This document shows positions 36,672-49,834 of a DNA stretch of 64,000 bases, piece after piece. The number at the start of each line of letters is the position of its first letter. Positions within the stretch are counted from its first letter, which is position 1. The stretch is from Mobula hypostoma. Lineage: Eukaryota. The notes under the pieces were generated by a model. It saw nothing but the letters and a program-made list of their open reading frames with translations, was not told the DNA's origin and ran no database searches. The stretch covers positions 147,810,001 through 147,874,000 of the forward strand of contig NC_086097.1 of the NCBI RefSeq assembly GCF_963921235.1, in the 5' to 3' direction. Position numbers and translations under genes: made by a program.

Positions 36672-39446
36672 TTAGTGGAAGTTAGAGAAGTCGATGTTCA
36701 TGCCATCAGATTGGAGGCTACCCAGACGGAATATAAGGTGTTGTTCCTCCAACCTGAGTGTGGCTTCATCTTTACAGTAGAGGAGGCCGTGGATAGACAT
36801 GTCAGAATGGGAATGGGATGTGGAATTAAAATGTGTGGCCACTGGGAGTTCCTGCTTTCTCTGGCGGACAGAGCGTAGATGTTCAGCAAAGCGGTCTCCC
36901 AGTCTGCGTCGGGTCTCGCCAATATTTAAAAGGCCACATCGGGAGCACCGGACGCAGTATATCACCCCAGTCAACTCACAGGTGAAGTGTTGCCTCACCT
37001 GGAAGGACTGTTTGGGGCCCTGAATGGTGGTAAGGGAGGAAGTGTAAGGGCATGTGTAGCACTTGTTCCGCTTACACGGATAAGTGCCAGGAGGGAGATC
37101 AGTGGGGAGGGATGGGGGGGAGACGAATGGACAAGGGAGTTGTGTAGGGAGCGATCCCTGCGGAATGCAGAGAGAGGGGGGGAGGGAAAGATGTGCTTAG
37201 TGGTGGGATCCCGTTGGAGGTGGCGGAAGTTACGGAGAATAATATGTTGGACCCGGAGGCTGGTGGGGTGGTAGGTGAGGACCAGGGGAACCCTATTCCT
37301 AGTGGGGTGGCGGGAGGATAGAGTGAGAGCAGATGTACGTGAAATGGGGGAGATGCGTTTAAGAGCAGAGTTGATAGTGGAGGAAGGGAAGCCCCTTTCT
37401 TTAAAAAAGGAAGACATCTCCCTCGTCCTAGAATGAAAAGCCTCATCCTGAGAGCAGATGCGGCGGAGACGGAGGAATTGCGAGAAGGGGATGGTGTTTT
37501 TGCAAGAGACAGGGTGAGAAGAGGAATAGTCCAGATAGCTGTGAGAGTCAGTAGACTTATAGTAGACATCAGTGGATAAGCTGTCTCCAGAGACAGAGAC
37601 AGGAAGATCTAGAAAGGGGAGGGAGGTGTCGGAAATGGACCAGGTAAACTTGAGGGCAGGGTGAAAGTTGGAGGCAAAGTTAATAAAGTCAACAAGTTCT
37701 GCATGCGTGCAGGAAGCAGCGCCAATGCAGTCGTCGATGTAGCGAAGGAAAAGTGGGGGACAGATACCAGAATAGACACGGAACATAGATTGTTCCACAA
37801 ACCCAATAAAAAGGCAGGCATAGCTAGGACCCATACGGGTGCCCATAGCTACATCTTTAGTTTGGAGGAAGTGGGAGGAGCCAAAGGAGAAATTATTAAG
37901 AGTAAGGACTAATTCCGCTAGACGGAGCAGAGTGGTGGTAGAGGGGAACTGATTAGGTCTGGAATCCAAAAAGAAGCGTAGAGCTTTGAGACCTTCCTGA
38001 TGGGGGATGCAAGTATATAAGGACTGGACATCCATGGTGAAAATAAAGCAGTGGGGGCCAGGGAACTTAAAATCATCGAAAAGTTTAAGAGCGTGAGAAG
38101 TGTCACGAACATAGGTCGGAAGGGATTGAACAAGGGGTGATAAAACAGTGTCGAGGTATGCAGAAATGAGTTCGGTGGGGCAGGAGCAAGCTTAGACAAT
38201 AGGTCGGCCAGGACAGGCAGGTTTGTGGATCTTGGGTAAGAGGTAGAAACGGGAAGTGCGGGGTGTGGGAACTATAAGGCTGGTAGCAGTGGATGGGAGA
38301 TCCCCTGAGCGGATAAAGTCGGTGATGGTGTGGGAGACAATGGCCTGGTGCTCCTTAGTGGGGTCACGATCGAGGGGTAAATAAGAGGAGGTATCCGCGA
38401 GTTGTCGCTGCGCCTCGGCAAGGTAGAGGTCAGTACGCCAGACTACAACAGCACCCCCCTTATCAGCGGGTTTAATAATAAGGTTAGGATTAGTGCGGAG
38501 GGAGTGGAGAGCAGAGCGTTCCGAAGGAGTGAGGTTGGAATGGGGACAAGGTGCGGTAAAGTCGAGACGGTTGATGTCCCGTCGGCAGTTAGCGATAAAG
38601 AGATCCAGAGCAGGCAGAAGACCAGAACGGGGTGTCCATGAAGAAGAGGAGGGTTGAAGACGGGAGAAGGGGTCATCGGTGGGGGTGGAAGAGTCCTTGC
38701 CGAAGAAGTAGGCTCGGAGACGGAGACGGCAGAAGAAAAGTTCCGCATCGTGGCGAACACGGAACTCGCTGAGGTGTGGGCGAAGGGGGACAAAGGTGAG
38801 GCCCTTACTGAGAACAGAGCGTTCTGCCTCCGACAGTTGAAGGTCGGAGGGGATGGTAAAGACCCGGCACGGATGAGAGCTGGGATCAGAGGGGGGGGGG
38901 GTAGGGTTGGGGTGAGAGGAAGATGGAGCCTCTGAGGGCCCAGGAGTTGACGGTGGGATCTGAGGAAGACGGGGCTGCGGAGTGGTGGTGGGGGAAGGGG
39001 AGACGGGAGTCACAACAGCAGCACATAAAGACCTGGCCTGGAGTTCAAGGCTGGCGTCGTAGTTGATGGTTGCGCAATCGCTGTGAAGGTGTCCATGGTC
39101 GTTGCTGGAGTCCGGGTTTTGAATATGCCCTGAGGTGTTGGAGCCGCCGAGATCAATGGCAGGGGCCGCAATCTGAAGTTCATGCCTGCTAGCGTCGGGG
39201 CCGGCAGGCTCTGGAGTCCGTAGATGTAGGATCTTGCGATCTTTGCCTAACATGACAAGGTCAAAAAAACGGCGATTGCAGGCGTGAATCCGCCGGAGGA
39301 TGAAATAACGGGTAGGACCATTACAGATGGCGAAGAAAGTGTCCCGAAGTTGTGGAAGGGTCTGGGATAGAGACGCCAAGTACCTCCTCATGGCGGAGAG
39401 AGTCGCCTTCAGAGCTTGACGGGAGAAGCGGCGAGAGGCGGAGTCA
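36672..39446 (-). pseudogene. Penelope-like RT/GIY-YIG polyprotein with one nonsense codon and one frameshift
   Basis: The 399-aa and 346-aa ORFs are in frame, separated only by TAA at 38192-38194. A frameshift near the G run at ~37114-37120 separates RT from the Cys-rich linker (CKRNKCYTC) and endonuclease. The YIG motif reads NIG. Confidence 0.88.
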
Positions 39447-40516
39447 CATTGCTTTTCAACAACTATATGTTATTGATATGTTATCAATATGTTATTCTTG
39501 ATATGTTATTCTTAGTTTAACATTTTGTTCCTCAATTAGTCACTAAGGAAGACCTTCTGAAAAGGCTATCAGGTTTATTACAGAGTAGGAGATTCATTTA
39601 AAAATATTTGATCTGCCAAATAGCTTGCTGGAGTATGAATATGATTTTTATTCACTTGCTACTCTGATCAGCTCCTTTAAGGCGGAGTAGTTGAAATATT
39701 TATTTTTGGAGGTTACTTATGTGCATATTTTGAAGTTTCAGGGCCTCACAAAAAAACTTAGTCCATTTTCAGAGTACAATTCAAACTGCTGCTGCCAGTA
39801 GATTTTATTGTTTTGAGTTTTAAGATTGGCATATTTTAAAACTAGGTCCATAAAGGTCAAAACAAGCTAGTAAATGAGAGATATCCATGTAAGTCAGGTG
39901 GAATTACCAGATTATAGTCTTAACCAGGGTGTCCAATTTATTGATATGGGCAACATATAACTGTTGAGCATTGCAAAGTGGTTATTAGAAATGTTTTAAG
40001 TTAATTACCATTGGAGAGGCAAACCTACAGATTGCAAGATTCTTATAAATTGTCAGTTTAACTTCCATCTGTAAATTCCTTTACGGATAAAATTTAGTTA
40101 ACTGCTCAGATTTTTATGTGCATTTTTGACATAATCACATCTAATTATGACTAATACCTGTGACGTGTTTACCTGGATCTATCTAGAGTAATTTGGGCAA
40201 TGAAAGAGCTTTTTCTGAATGACGGTGAAGTAGGGTGAAGTGACATGTGGTAATGAAATGCCCTCTATCTATTAGTGTGAATGACTTGAGTTGAGTTTCT
40301 GCTTATTGTAAGCTGTTGCCTTCAGACCCTGTCATACTCTGTTTGTAAACTCTACCATGACCTCAGTTCTTGATCGTCCCTGATTTAATCAGTCCAGTAC
40401 TTATAACTATTAATAACCATTTTCTCAGTTTCGAAGGCTCTAAGCTCTGCATTTCCCTGTCCCTCTCTCACTTACCTCTTCTAAAATGCTCTTTAAAAGT
40501 TACCTCTAAACAAACT

Positions 40517-41733
40517 GACCATCATAAGGCCATCATATGACATAGGAGCAGAATTAGGCCATTTGGCCCATTGAGTCTGCTCCACCATTCAATCATGGCT
40601 GATCCTTTTTTCTCCTGCTCAGCCCACTCCGCAGCCTTATCCCCATAATTTTTGATGCCGTGGCCAATCAACAACCTATCAATCTCCATTTTAAATACAT
40701 CCAATAACCCCGCCTCCACAGCTGCCTGTGGTAACAAATTCCAGAAATTCACCACTCTGGCTAAAGTAAGTTCTCCACATCTCTATTTTAAATAGATGCC
40801 CCTCAATCCTAAGGTTGTGCCTTTTCCTAAACTCCACCATGTGAAACATCTTTTACACATCTACTCTGTCTAGGCCTTTCAACATTCAAAAGGTTTCAAT
40901 GAGATCCCCACTCATTCTTCTAAATTCCAATAAGTGCAGGCTCAGAGCTATCAAACATTCCTCATATAATAACCCTTTCATTCTAGGAATCACCCTTGTG
41001 AACCTCCTCTGAACCATTTCCAATGCCAGTGCATCTTTTCTTTAATGAGGAGCCCAAAACTGTTCACAGTACTCAAGGTGAGGCCTCACCAGTGCCATAT
41101 AAAGCTTCAGCATCACATCCCTGCTCTTATATACTAAACCTCTTGAAATTAATGTTAACATTGCATTTGTCTTCCTCACCACCAACTCTTACTGCAAGTT
41201 AACCTTTAGGGTGTTCTGCACAAAGACTCCCAAGTCCCCTTCCATCTCAGATTTTTGGATTTTCTCCCCATTTAGAAAATAGCCTGCACATTTGACCATG
41301 CATTTTTCAACTTTGTATTTCATTTGCACTTCCTTGTTATTCCTCGAATCTGTCTAGTTCTTCTGCAGCTTTCCTTTTTCTTCAACCCTACCTGCCTTTC
41401 CACCAACCTCTGTATCATCTGCAAACTTGGCAACAAAGCCATCTATGTCATCATCTAAATCACTGATATACAGCATTTAAAGAAGCAGTGACCCCTGCAG
41501 AACACCACTAGTCACTAGCAGCCAAACAGAAAAGGATCCTTTTACTCCCGCTCGCTGCTTCCTACCAATCAGCCAATGCTCTAATCATGCTAGTAATTTT
41601 CCTGTAATACCATGCACTGTTAACTTGGTAAGCAGCCTCATGTCTGGTACCTTGTCAAAGGCCTTCTGAAAATCGAGATATGCAATATCCTCTGCATCCC
41701 CTTTATCTATCCTACTTGTAATCTCTTCAAATA
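40517..41733 (-). mobile_element. Degenerate CR1 LINE (RT to 3' tail)
   Basis: 41585-41806 FEEITSRIDKGDA..YLDFQKAFDKVP; 40522-40755 VNFWNLLPQAAVEA. Colinear with 9837-11080. Confidence 0.92.
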
Positions 41734-41793
41734 ATGTTTGTATGTGGATTAGTGTCACATTAAATTTAATGTTCACCCTTATTACCCTTGGAA

Positions 41794-44700
41794 TAGTGGT
41801 CCCCAATGTGGGTGATTAACCCCCCCCCCCGAAGGTAGTAAAAGTTTCTAAAGTAGTGATAAAGAAAAGGGCTTTTGGGGCTGCTCAGTAGCAAGGGGGA
41901 GAGCTCAGGGATTGCAGGCTTAATTGATTAGAATGATCACGTAATTACCTCATCTCTTGCTAACCCATGGTTCTCAGACTTTGCTCGAACTGTTAAAGTT
42001 GTTGAAAAGCAATGTGAGACTTCTGTATTTGGCATATTATGAGAAAGCTGGACTGAAGAAATTGTGTTATTTCCTGACCCAGCCCACACATTTTTTTGCA
42101 GTTCACTACTGTAGTATATTGTTGGCTATTATAATTTCTATACTCTAATCATCTAATCACAAAGTGATGCAATTCCTGTGAATTAGGGTATGAAATAAAG
42201 TTCAGGATCTGCCCTTTCTAATGGTCAACTACATGCAAAGGCTCCTTGAGTTTTTTAAGAGAATACACTCCGATAAAGGAAACAAGAACTTAGCTTATTT
42301 TCGTTCACTTCGTGAAAACTTTCACTTAAAAACCATACACGAGAAACTCTGCAGATGCTGGAAATTCAAGCAACACACACAAAATGCTGGTGGAACGCAG
42401 CAGGCCAGGCAGCATCTGTAGGAAGAGGTACAGTTGATGTTTCAGGCCGAGATCCTTCTGAACACTCTTCTCTCCACTCTCTCCACACAAATCCTAATCT
42501 CACCATCAAACCCACAGATAAGGTGGTGGGGGAGGTGCTGTAGTAGTCTGGCATACTGACCTCTACCTTGCTGAGGCCCAGCAACATCTCTCATAGACAC
42601 CACCTCTTACTTACCCCTCAAGCAGGACCCCACTAAGGAGCACTAGACCATTGTCTTCCACACCATTACCAACCTTATTAACTGGGGATCTCCCATCCAC
42701 TGCCACCAGCACCCCACACCTCCTGTTTCTACCTCCTATGCAAGATCCACAAATCTGCTTGTCCGGCTAAAGCCATTGTTTCAGCTTGTTCTTGCCCTAT
42801 TGAACTCATATCTGCATACCCCAACTCTTGTTTTTATCCCCCCAGTTCAGTCCCTTCCTACCTACATCCATGACATTTCACACACTCTGGATCTTTTCAA
42901 TAATTTCCAGTTCCCTGGCCCCCATCATCTAGTTTTTACTGTGGATGTCCAGTCCCTATACATCTCCATCCCCCATCAGGAAGGCCTCAAAGCTCTCCAT
43001 TTCTTTCTGGACACCAGACCCAACCACTTCCCCTCCACCACCACTCTGCTCTGTCTAGTAGAACTTGTTCTTACTCTTAATAATTTTTCTTTTGGCTCCT
43101 CCCAATTCCTTTAAACAAAAGGTGTAGCCATGGGCACTTGCATGGATCCCCCCCTATGCCTGCCTCTTGTCGGGTACATGGAACGATGTATGTTCCAAGC
43201 CTACACTGGAAGCCATCCCGCACTTTTCCTACGCTACATCAATGACTGTATTAGTGCTGCTTCCTGCACCCATGTGAAACTTGTTGACTTCATCCACTTT
43301 ACCTTCTACTTTCACCTTGCCCTCAAATTTAGCTGGTCCATTTTTGATACCTCCTTCCTGTTTCTCAATCTCTCTGTCTCTATCTCTGGAGACAGCTTAT
43401 CTACTGAGGCTATTATAAATCCACAGACTCTCACAGCTACCTGGACTATACCTCCTCCCACCCTGTTACTTGTAAAAGTACCATCCCCTTCTCTTAATTC
43501 CTCTGTCTCCACTGCACCTCCTCTCAGGATGAGGCTTTTTATTCCAAAACAGAGGGGTTCTCCTCCTTCAAAGAAAGGGGCTTCCCTTCTTCTGCCATCA
43601 ACACTACCCTCAATCACATCTCTTCCATTTCACGCACATCTGCTCTCACACTGTTCTCCTGCCACCCTACCAGGGATAGGGTTCCTCTTGTCTTCACCCA
43701 CCACCCCACCGGCCTCTGCATCCAGCATATAATTCTCCGCAATTTCCGCCATCTTCAATGGGATCCCATCACCACGCACATCTTACCCTCCCCCCACCCC
43801 TCACATTTTCTGCTTTCCGCAGCGATCACTCCTTATGTGTCTCCTTGTTCATTCGTCCTTCCCCACTGATCTCCCTCCTGGCACTTATCCTTGCAAGCGG
43901 ATCAAGTGCTACACCTACCCCTACACCACCTTTCTCACTACCGTTCAGGGCCCCAAACAGTCCTTCCAGGTGAGGCAACACTTCACCTGTGAGTCTGTTG
44001 GGGTATTCTACTGTATCCAGTGCACCCGGTGTGGCCTGCTGTATATCGGTGAGACTCAAAGTAGATTGGAAGACTGCTTCGCTGTCCAGCAGAAAAAGCA
44101 GGATCTCCCAGTGGCAACCCATTTTAATTTTACTTCCCACTCCCATTCCATGTCAGTTCATAGCCTCCTCCACTGTCGTAATAAGGCCACATTCAGATTG
44201 GAGGGACAACACCTTGTATTCTATCTGGGTAGCCTCCAACCTAATGGCATGAACATCGATTTCTCGAACTTACTGTAATGCCACCCCCCCCTTCACCATT
44301 CCCTATCCTCTTTTCCCTTTCTCACCTTATCTCCTTGCCTGCCCATCACCTCCCTCTGGTGGTGGTGCTTCCCCACTTTTCTTTATTCCATGGCTTTATG
44401 TCCTCCCCTATCAGACTTCCCCTTCTCCAACCCTGTATCTCTTTCACCAATCAATTTCCCAACTCTTTACTTCACCCCTCCCCCTCCCAGTTTTCCCTAT
44501 CATTTTATGTTTCTCCCTCCCCTCCCCCCACCTTTTAACTCTACTCCTAATCTTTGTTTTGAAGGGTCTTGGCCTGAAATGTTGACTGTACTCTTTTTCC
44601 ATAGATGCTATTTAGCCTGCTGTGTTCCTCCAGCATTTTGTGTGTGGTGCTTGGAATGCAGATTTTCTCTTCTTTATTATATCAAGAATTATAGCTGCAG

Positions 44701-45178
44701 TGAGATATCTCTGAACACTATCCTACACAGTAGGAAAAGGTTGAGGTGTTCTTTATTGTTTTTTCAACATCATATTTAGTGGAGCACGGTTTCAGTGCAG
44801 GTGCCCAACTTCTTTCAAAATAACAAGACACATTGCAAGTTACTGAATGTGGGGATCTGTGACTTCTGAATAACATTCAGCTTCATGCTGAGAAGCTGAT
44901 ATAACTAGTTGGTCTATTAATGTACGCTTTAAAATTATTGATAAATTGTTTTTACTGTAATTAATGAAATAATTTTATTTGTAGCTTTAAATAGATTTGA
45001 ATATTTTTGTAATTATTTGTCACTGCTTTGAATGTGCAGTTCCTATTTTCTTTCACTGTGCATCATAATCAGTATTCTTTATAGTTTTTATGTAATGGCC
45101 ACAAAGGGAGAGGTGGGTTCAGGACGTGTAGTCTGGGAGCCAAGACAGTGGTAACCCAAAGAAGGTTTGGAACCACTG
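41794..45178 (+). mobile_element. Old internally deleted hAT-Charlie/Buster element interrupted by a Penelope insertion
   Basis: Termini tagtggtccccaa and ggtttggaaccactg. N-terminal remnant KRIHSDKGNKNLAYFRSLRENF (~42255-42325); C-terminal remnant SYLVEHGFSA..LLSK..GDL (~44765-44865). No clear TSD. Confidence 0.6.
42337..44669 (+). mobile_element. Degenerate Penelope-like element with an inverted terminal copy at its 5' end
   Basis: Inverted terminus 42337-42458, then plus-strand RT (VDVQSLY, RYIND) and GIY-YIG (VFYCIQCTRCGLLYIGET, ORF 43835-44278), ending in the sense terminus near 44560-44669. Confidence 0.9.
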
Positions 45179-45186
45179 ATTATAGA

Positions 45187-45388
45187 GACACCAGACTGCA
45201 GATGTCAGAATCTGGGACAATAACCAACTTGCTGCAGGAGCTCAGCAGGTTGAGCAGTATCTGTTTGGGGATAGGAATTCTTAACAGTTCCTATACAGGG
45301 TGTCAGTTCTAACTATTGACAATTCTTTTCCACCCCTGATGCTGCTCGACCTGCAACAGACCTCTGGCACGTTGTTTCTTGATCCAGA
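45187..45388. mobile_element. Old short hairpin element from Penelope-like termini
   Basis: ctgcagatgtcagaatctgg..gctgcaggagctcagcaggttgagcagtatc opposite gatgctgctcgacctgc..ctctggca..tccaga. Confidence 0.6.
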
Positions 45389-45529
45389 AAACTCCATGCA
45401 CTTAATCAAATTTTGCAAAAGTTGATTTGGTGTTGAACCATATGGACAAGGTAAATCCCTAGTTCTATATGTGCTCGTTTACAGACACTCACACAGACAG
45501 ACAGACACATGCACCAACCACAGTCCTGG

Positions 45530-46400
45530 AAGAAATGAGAAACATCCATGAGCATTTCAGGAAGATTGCCCCTCAGGACACCTGCTAGGAGAATACTTCA
45601 GACAGCAGGCAGGGGATATGGAAAAGGATGAAGCAGAGCCAGAGGACCAGAGGCCACGGCAGGACAAGCCACTGCACGGGATGTACAATTGCCAGATATC
45701 AGAAGTGGCTGACATAATGGCAGGGCTGAGGGACAACACACGATGGCTGCACTAGAACAGGAGCTGAGCACAAAGGCAATAGAAGCTAGTGTCATCACAC
45801 CAGGCAAGACCCAAGATGCAGACTATGTAAGGAATTTGCTGAAACCATGCAGCTCATAGTAGCAGAGTACAAGATGCAGGCAGGTTCAGCATACATTGAA
45901 TGGCACAATCAAGTTGCAGGGATTGTGTACAGAACACCTGTGCTGACTATGGATTGGACACTCCCAGGTCCAAATGGGGAACACACGAGAAGGTAGTGGA
46001 AAATGACAGAGCTAAGGTCCTCTGGGATTTCCAAATCCAAGTTGATAAACAGGTTCTGGCCAACCAACCAGATATGGTAATACTGAACAAGAAACAAGAA
46101 AACCATAGTAAGAGGTGTGGCAATCCTGAATGACAGTAACATCAGGAAGAAAGAATATGAGAAGCTGGAGAAATACCAGTGCTTGAAAGAGCAGAGAGAA
46201 AGGATGTAGAAGGTTAAAGCGAGAGTAATCCCGGTGGTGATAGCACTTTCAGCTATGATACCTGGACTGGAAGGCTGGCTTCAACAAATCCCGGGAGCAA
46301 CATCTGAGATCTCGGTCCAAAAGCACTGCTAAGAACAGCAAGGATACTGTACCGAACCCTCTAGCTCCCAGGCCTCTGGTAGAGGACCCGATACTGAGGG
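45530..46400 (+). mobile_element. R4/Dong-clade (Rex6-like) non-LTR retrotransposon 3' fragment with restriction-like endonuclease
   Basis: DKPLHGMY, DPRCRLCKE..ET (degenerate CCHC knuckle), HNQVAGIVY, VVENDRAKVLWDFQIQVDKQVLANQPDMVI, then KKEYEKLEKY. Confidence 0.85.
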
Positions 46401-46442
46401 AAAAGTACACATACTCAACACCTATAAAAGGTGAGAAAAATA

Positions 46443-46493
46443 TTTTTACTATTATTATGTAGTATTAAATAGTTTTTACTATTATTATGTAGT
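46443..46493. repeat. Short direct duplication tttttactattattatgtagt x2
   Basis: Copies at about 46443-46463 and 46473-46493. Confidence 0.75.
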
Positions 46494-47069
46494 TTATTTA
46501 GTATTTTACAAGTCTGTTTTTCTTATATAATTGGGTTGAAAACCAGACTACTTTAAGGCTGTTAGCTATAGATTAGCTGATAGTATACATGCTTCCTGGT
46601 TGGAAGTTTTTGGGCTCAGATCACACTTCAGAGACTAATGCACAGAAATTGAGTTGGCATTTCAGTTCAGTATAGAGAGACTGAATTCTGTGCCATCACT
46701 CAGTGTTTCTTTCCAATGTTAACAATTTCCAGCTTTTCCCTCATCTCAATTCAAATCAATATTGGAATAGCTCTCACCATAAAATATAGAATACCTCTTG
46801 TAGTTTTATATTGTTGGCAAGCTGCTATCTGTCAACTTTTCCAACATCTGTCATTTTTCCACAACTGCAAAAAACTTATCAAAGTGAATATAAAAGAAAA
46901 AGCTACAATTGAACTAGGATGATTCTTTCTTCTGCTTAAAGATGGAAGAAGGTAAAACACAAACTCATTCAACCTAACATCTGTAACAGGGAAATAAGTG
47001 AAAACTAATTGAGGGCAGGGTGGGTGAACATCTTGAAACTCGTCTCAGAAAAGCATTTTGGATTTTTGA

Positions 47070-47960
47070 AAGGCAGGTCTTGGCTGATGATTTTTATTTT
47101 AAAGAAGTAACTTAAGTAGCAGTCAGGGAACATCTGTGGATGTTATTTATTTGGACTTTCAGAAGGCATTCAATTAAAATCCACATAAAAGGCTATTAGT
47201 TAAAGTTGAACCTTGTAGCATTCAGCACAGTTTATTGACCTGATCAGGAAATTGACTGAGCAGCAGGAAATGAGAAAGAATAATAAGCAGATACTCTAAT
47301 GGGTAAGGTAAGACTGTTGGTGATCCATTGGGATCTGTGTTAGGCTTTCAGCCATCACTATTTATTAACAACTCAGAAGATTGAATAGAAAGTCCTACAA
47401 CCAAGTTTGCTGATAGTGCAAAAGTGGGTGACGTTGTAAACAATGTAGTAGGAAGCGTAATATTATAGAGGTATTGATAGATTGTCAGGAAAGCTATTGA
47501 AAATCTGGCCTTTATGTCCAAAATTAGAAAACATACCCTAACACCATATTTTACAAGTCTCGGGGGATATACAGTATGGGTTTACATGGGCACCTAAAGA
47601 TAAAATACAAGGAGAAGATACCTAGACTGTGGTTGGATTTCCTGTATTTTAAAAGAATAGGGGTTGATATAAACAAAAGTTTCGAAAGATTAATGGGAAT
47701 TGATTGGACAGATGGCAAGAAGCTATTTCTCCTTTTTGGAAAATTTGAGGCTACGTGACTATTATCTTTTTTTAAAAAATGGCAAATACTCTTAGATGTA
47801 ATTGAAAGTTTAAGGTCTAGAACTCTTCCTTAAACACCATTTAATGGTAGGATAATTATTGATTTTAATTGATTTTTTTATTCAAATCTATTGAGGCAAA
47901 GTCAGCTAAATTGTTGGTGAAATTGACTCAATGGATTAAATAGCCTATTGCTTTTACTAT
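47070..47960 (+). mobile_element. Very old CR1 fragments
   Basis: VDVIYLDFQKAF remnant at ~47137-47172 and KFADS at ~47403-47418. Confidence 0.65.
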
Positions 47961-48025
47961 GTATGTACCTATTGCAAATCCTGAAATAAACATCCTGAAC
48001 TGGTTATTTAAAATCTGAATGATTA

Positions 48026-48305
48026 GGTGGTATGTAGCACATCAAGTAGATCAACTGCTTCATAGTACCTGTGACCCAGATTTAATCCTGACCTCCAGCG
48101 CTCTCTCTCTGGAGCTTGTATAGTATCCTGGTGACCTTCTGGGCTTCATTCCAATGACATAATTTCCTCCCACATCCTACAAATTTAGGGTTAATATGGA
48201 AATGTGAGAATAAATTGGAATTGGTGTTGAAATTAAATGTATCCTTGATGGCCATAACAAACTTAATGGATCAAAGGACCTTTTTCTATGCTGTATGGCT
48301 ATGAA
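48026..48305 (+). mobile_element. Old V-domain tRNA SINE
   Basis: gacccagatttaatcctgacctcc (B-box-like), tggagcttgt..gtgacc..tttcctcccacatcc core, tail aaggacc..tctatgctgtatggctatg. Confidence 0.55.
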
Positions 48306-49834
48306 TCCGAAGTCTCTTACTAGATTTATATCAATTTTTGTAAGTAAAATATCAAAACATATATTAATTTAAGCAGTGGAAGCAATAAAGCATTATAATC
48401 ATCTAGGATCCAGGGGTGGTCTTATTAGCTAGAATTCTATTTCTAAATATATTATCAATATATTAAAGCAGGAGACTATTTGGCAAGGTGATTGAACCAT
48501 TTTTGGCAGCATAACCTAAGTGGTTACAGTGATATTGGCACCCAAGGATGGTCCAAAGTATAGAGTGCATTGAACTCACTAAAGTGAAGATAAACCAGAT
48601 ACTGAAAAAGATTCAATCAAGTTTTCGCTATTTGCTGATGTGAAACAGCATCTTCCTTTGTTTTTAGATTTGAAACAGTTTCAGATAAACTGGCTGGTTG
48701 TTAACTCCTACCCTGAAACAATAGTCAGGTTTGTCCAGGGTCCCTTTAAAATAGCAGGTAACTGCTCTGGTAAGCTTGCATACATCCTTGCATAAGCTCT
48801 TGACTTTCTAAGTTTCCGGAACATTTTTCAACTAGTTCCAGTCGTCAGTGGTGAGCTGAGCTCCGAAACCTGGAGGACTGGGGTTTTTCCCCCCACATTT
48901 TAGAAAGGTGAAATCCTGCAGAATCTACTTAATTAAGACAGAGATGTCTGAGTGACAGACAACTTTGGTAGTTTCAGCACATGTACTGTTTAAGAGATTG
49001 CTGGCTTCTTGCTCATTTCTAAGCGCAAATACTGCAGACATAGTGTATTCTAAGGGGTATCTGGCTAAGCAATGGGATAGTACATGTAATTGGTAAAAAT
49101 ATGAACTCAATTACTTTTTAGAGGGAGTGATAAAATTCCATTTACATTCTTTTGTTAATATAAGCAACATGTAGTTTGCATTGCTCTGTAAGATCTACCT
49201 GATATGAATCTCTCAACCAACATCCAAAAATGAGTAATGGAATATTTTTGTATTGTTCTGGGTGAGAGTTGACTGAGGTCAGATTGGCTTTGGAATTTTC
49301 TATATATTGAAGCCTAAGCTTCAAAGGCAATTAGTTGGTGGCAAGGCATTAGGGCTTTTATTGGGTAATCAAAAGAAATATAGATATGTAAACTTTAAAC
49401 AAGATTTCATAAAAGCAGCATTTTTCCCAGTAATCCCATAATCAGTTCTGGAATAAGTTGTGATTGAACATTCAAGGTCATGACTCAATCATTTGGCTTC
49501 TATTGCAAGACCTACCAACTGAGCTATGTTTAAAAAATGCTTTAAGTTTTTTTTGTGAAAGTGAAATTCATTTCAATGAGGAAAAAGGATTAAAAGGTTC
49601 CAGATCCCTCGTTGAAGACTGTTTGAAATGTCCTCCCATGTTTCAAGCCACCAATTGCCCCTTAGGGTTACTTTATTACTATAGCTGATCTATTCGTTTG
49701 TAGTGAAGCCTCCTACATTGTAACAGTGGTCACAGGTCAAAGGATGATTTATTGATTGTACCATGGGTTTGCAGAAGCCTGAAAATATAAAATACGCTAT
49801 ACAAATGTTTTCTTTTTTATCTTAATGACTTAAC

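Larger units (their letters stand above)
36284..39446 (-). mobile_element. Young 5'-truncated Penelope-like element (Neptune-type), RT plus GIY-YIG endonuclease
   Basis: ORFs 38192-39391 (IIKPADKGGAVVV, FYLLPKIHK..GRPIV), 36995-38035 (MDVQSLYT, AMGTRMGPSYA, RYIDD) and 36672-36998 (VIYCVRCSRCGLLNIGETRR..RFAEH). 16-bp TSD ttcttgatatgttatt at 36268-36283 and 39495-39510. Confidence 0.95.

Noticed and set aside
36160..36672. 170-aa ORF and overlapping opposite-strand ORFs
   Set aside because: Spurious frames over the pyrimidine-rich Penelope terminal repeat.
39465..39510. Short spaced repeats as a CRISPR-like array
   Set aside because: 9-bp units with 2-5 bp gaps in eukaryotic DNA, explained by target-site stuttering.
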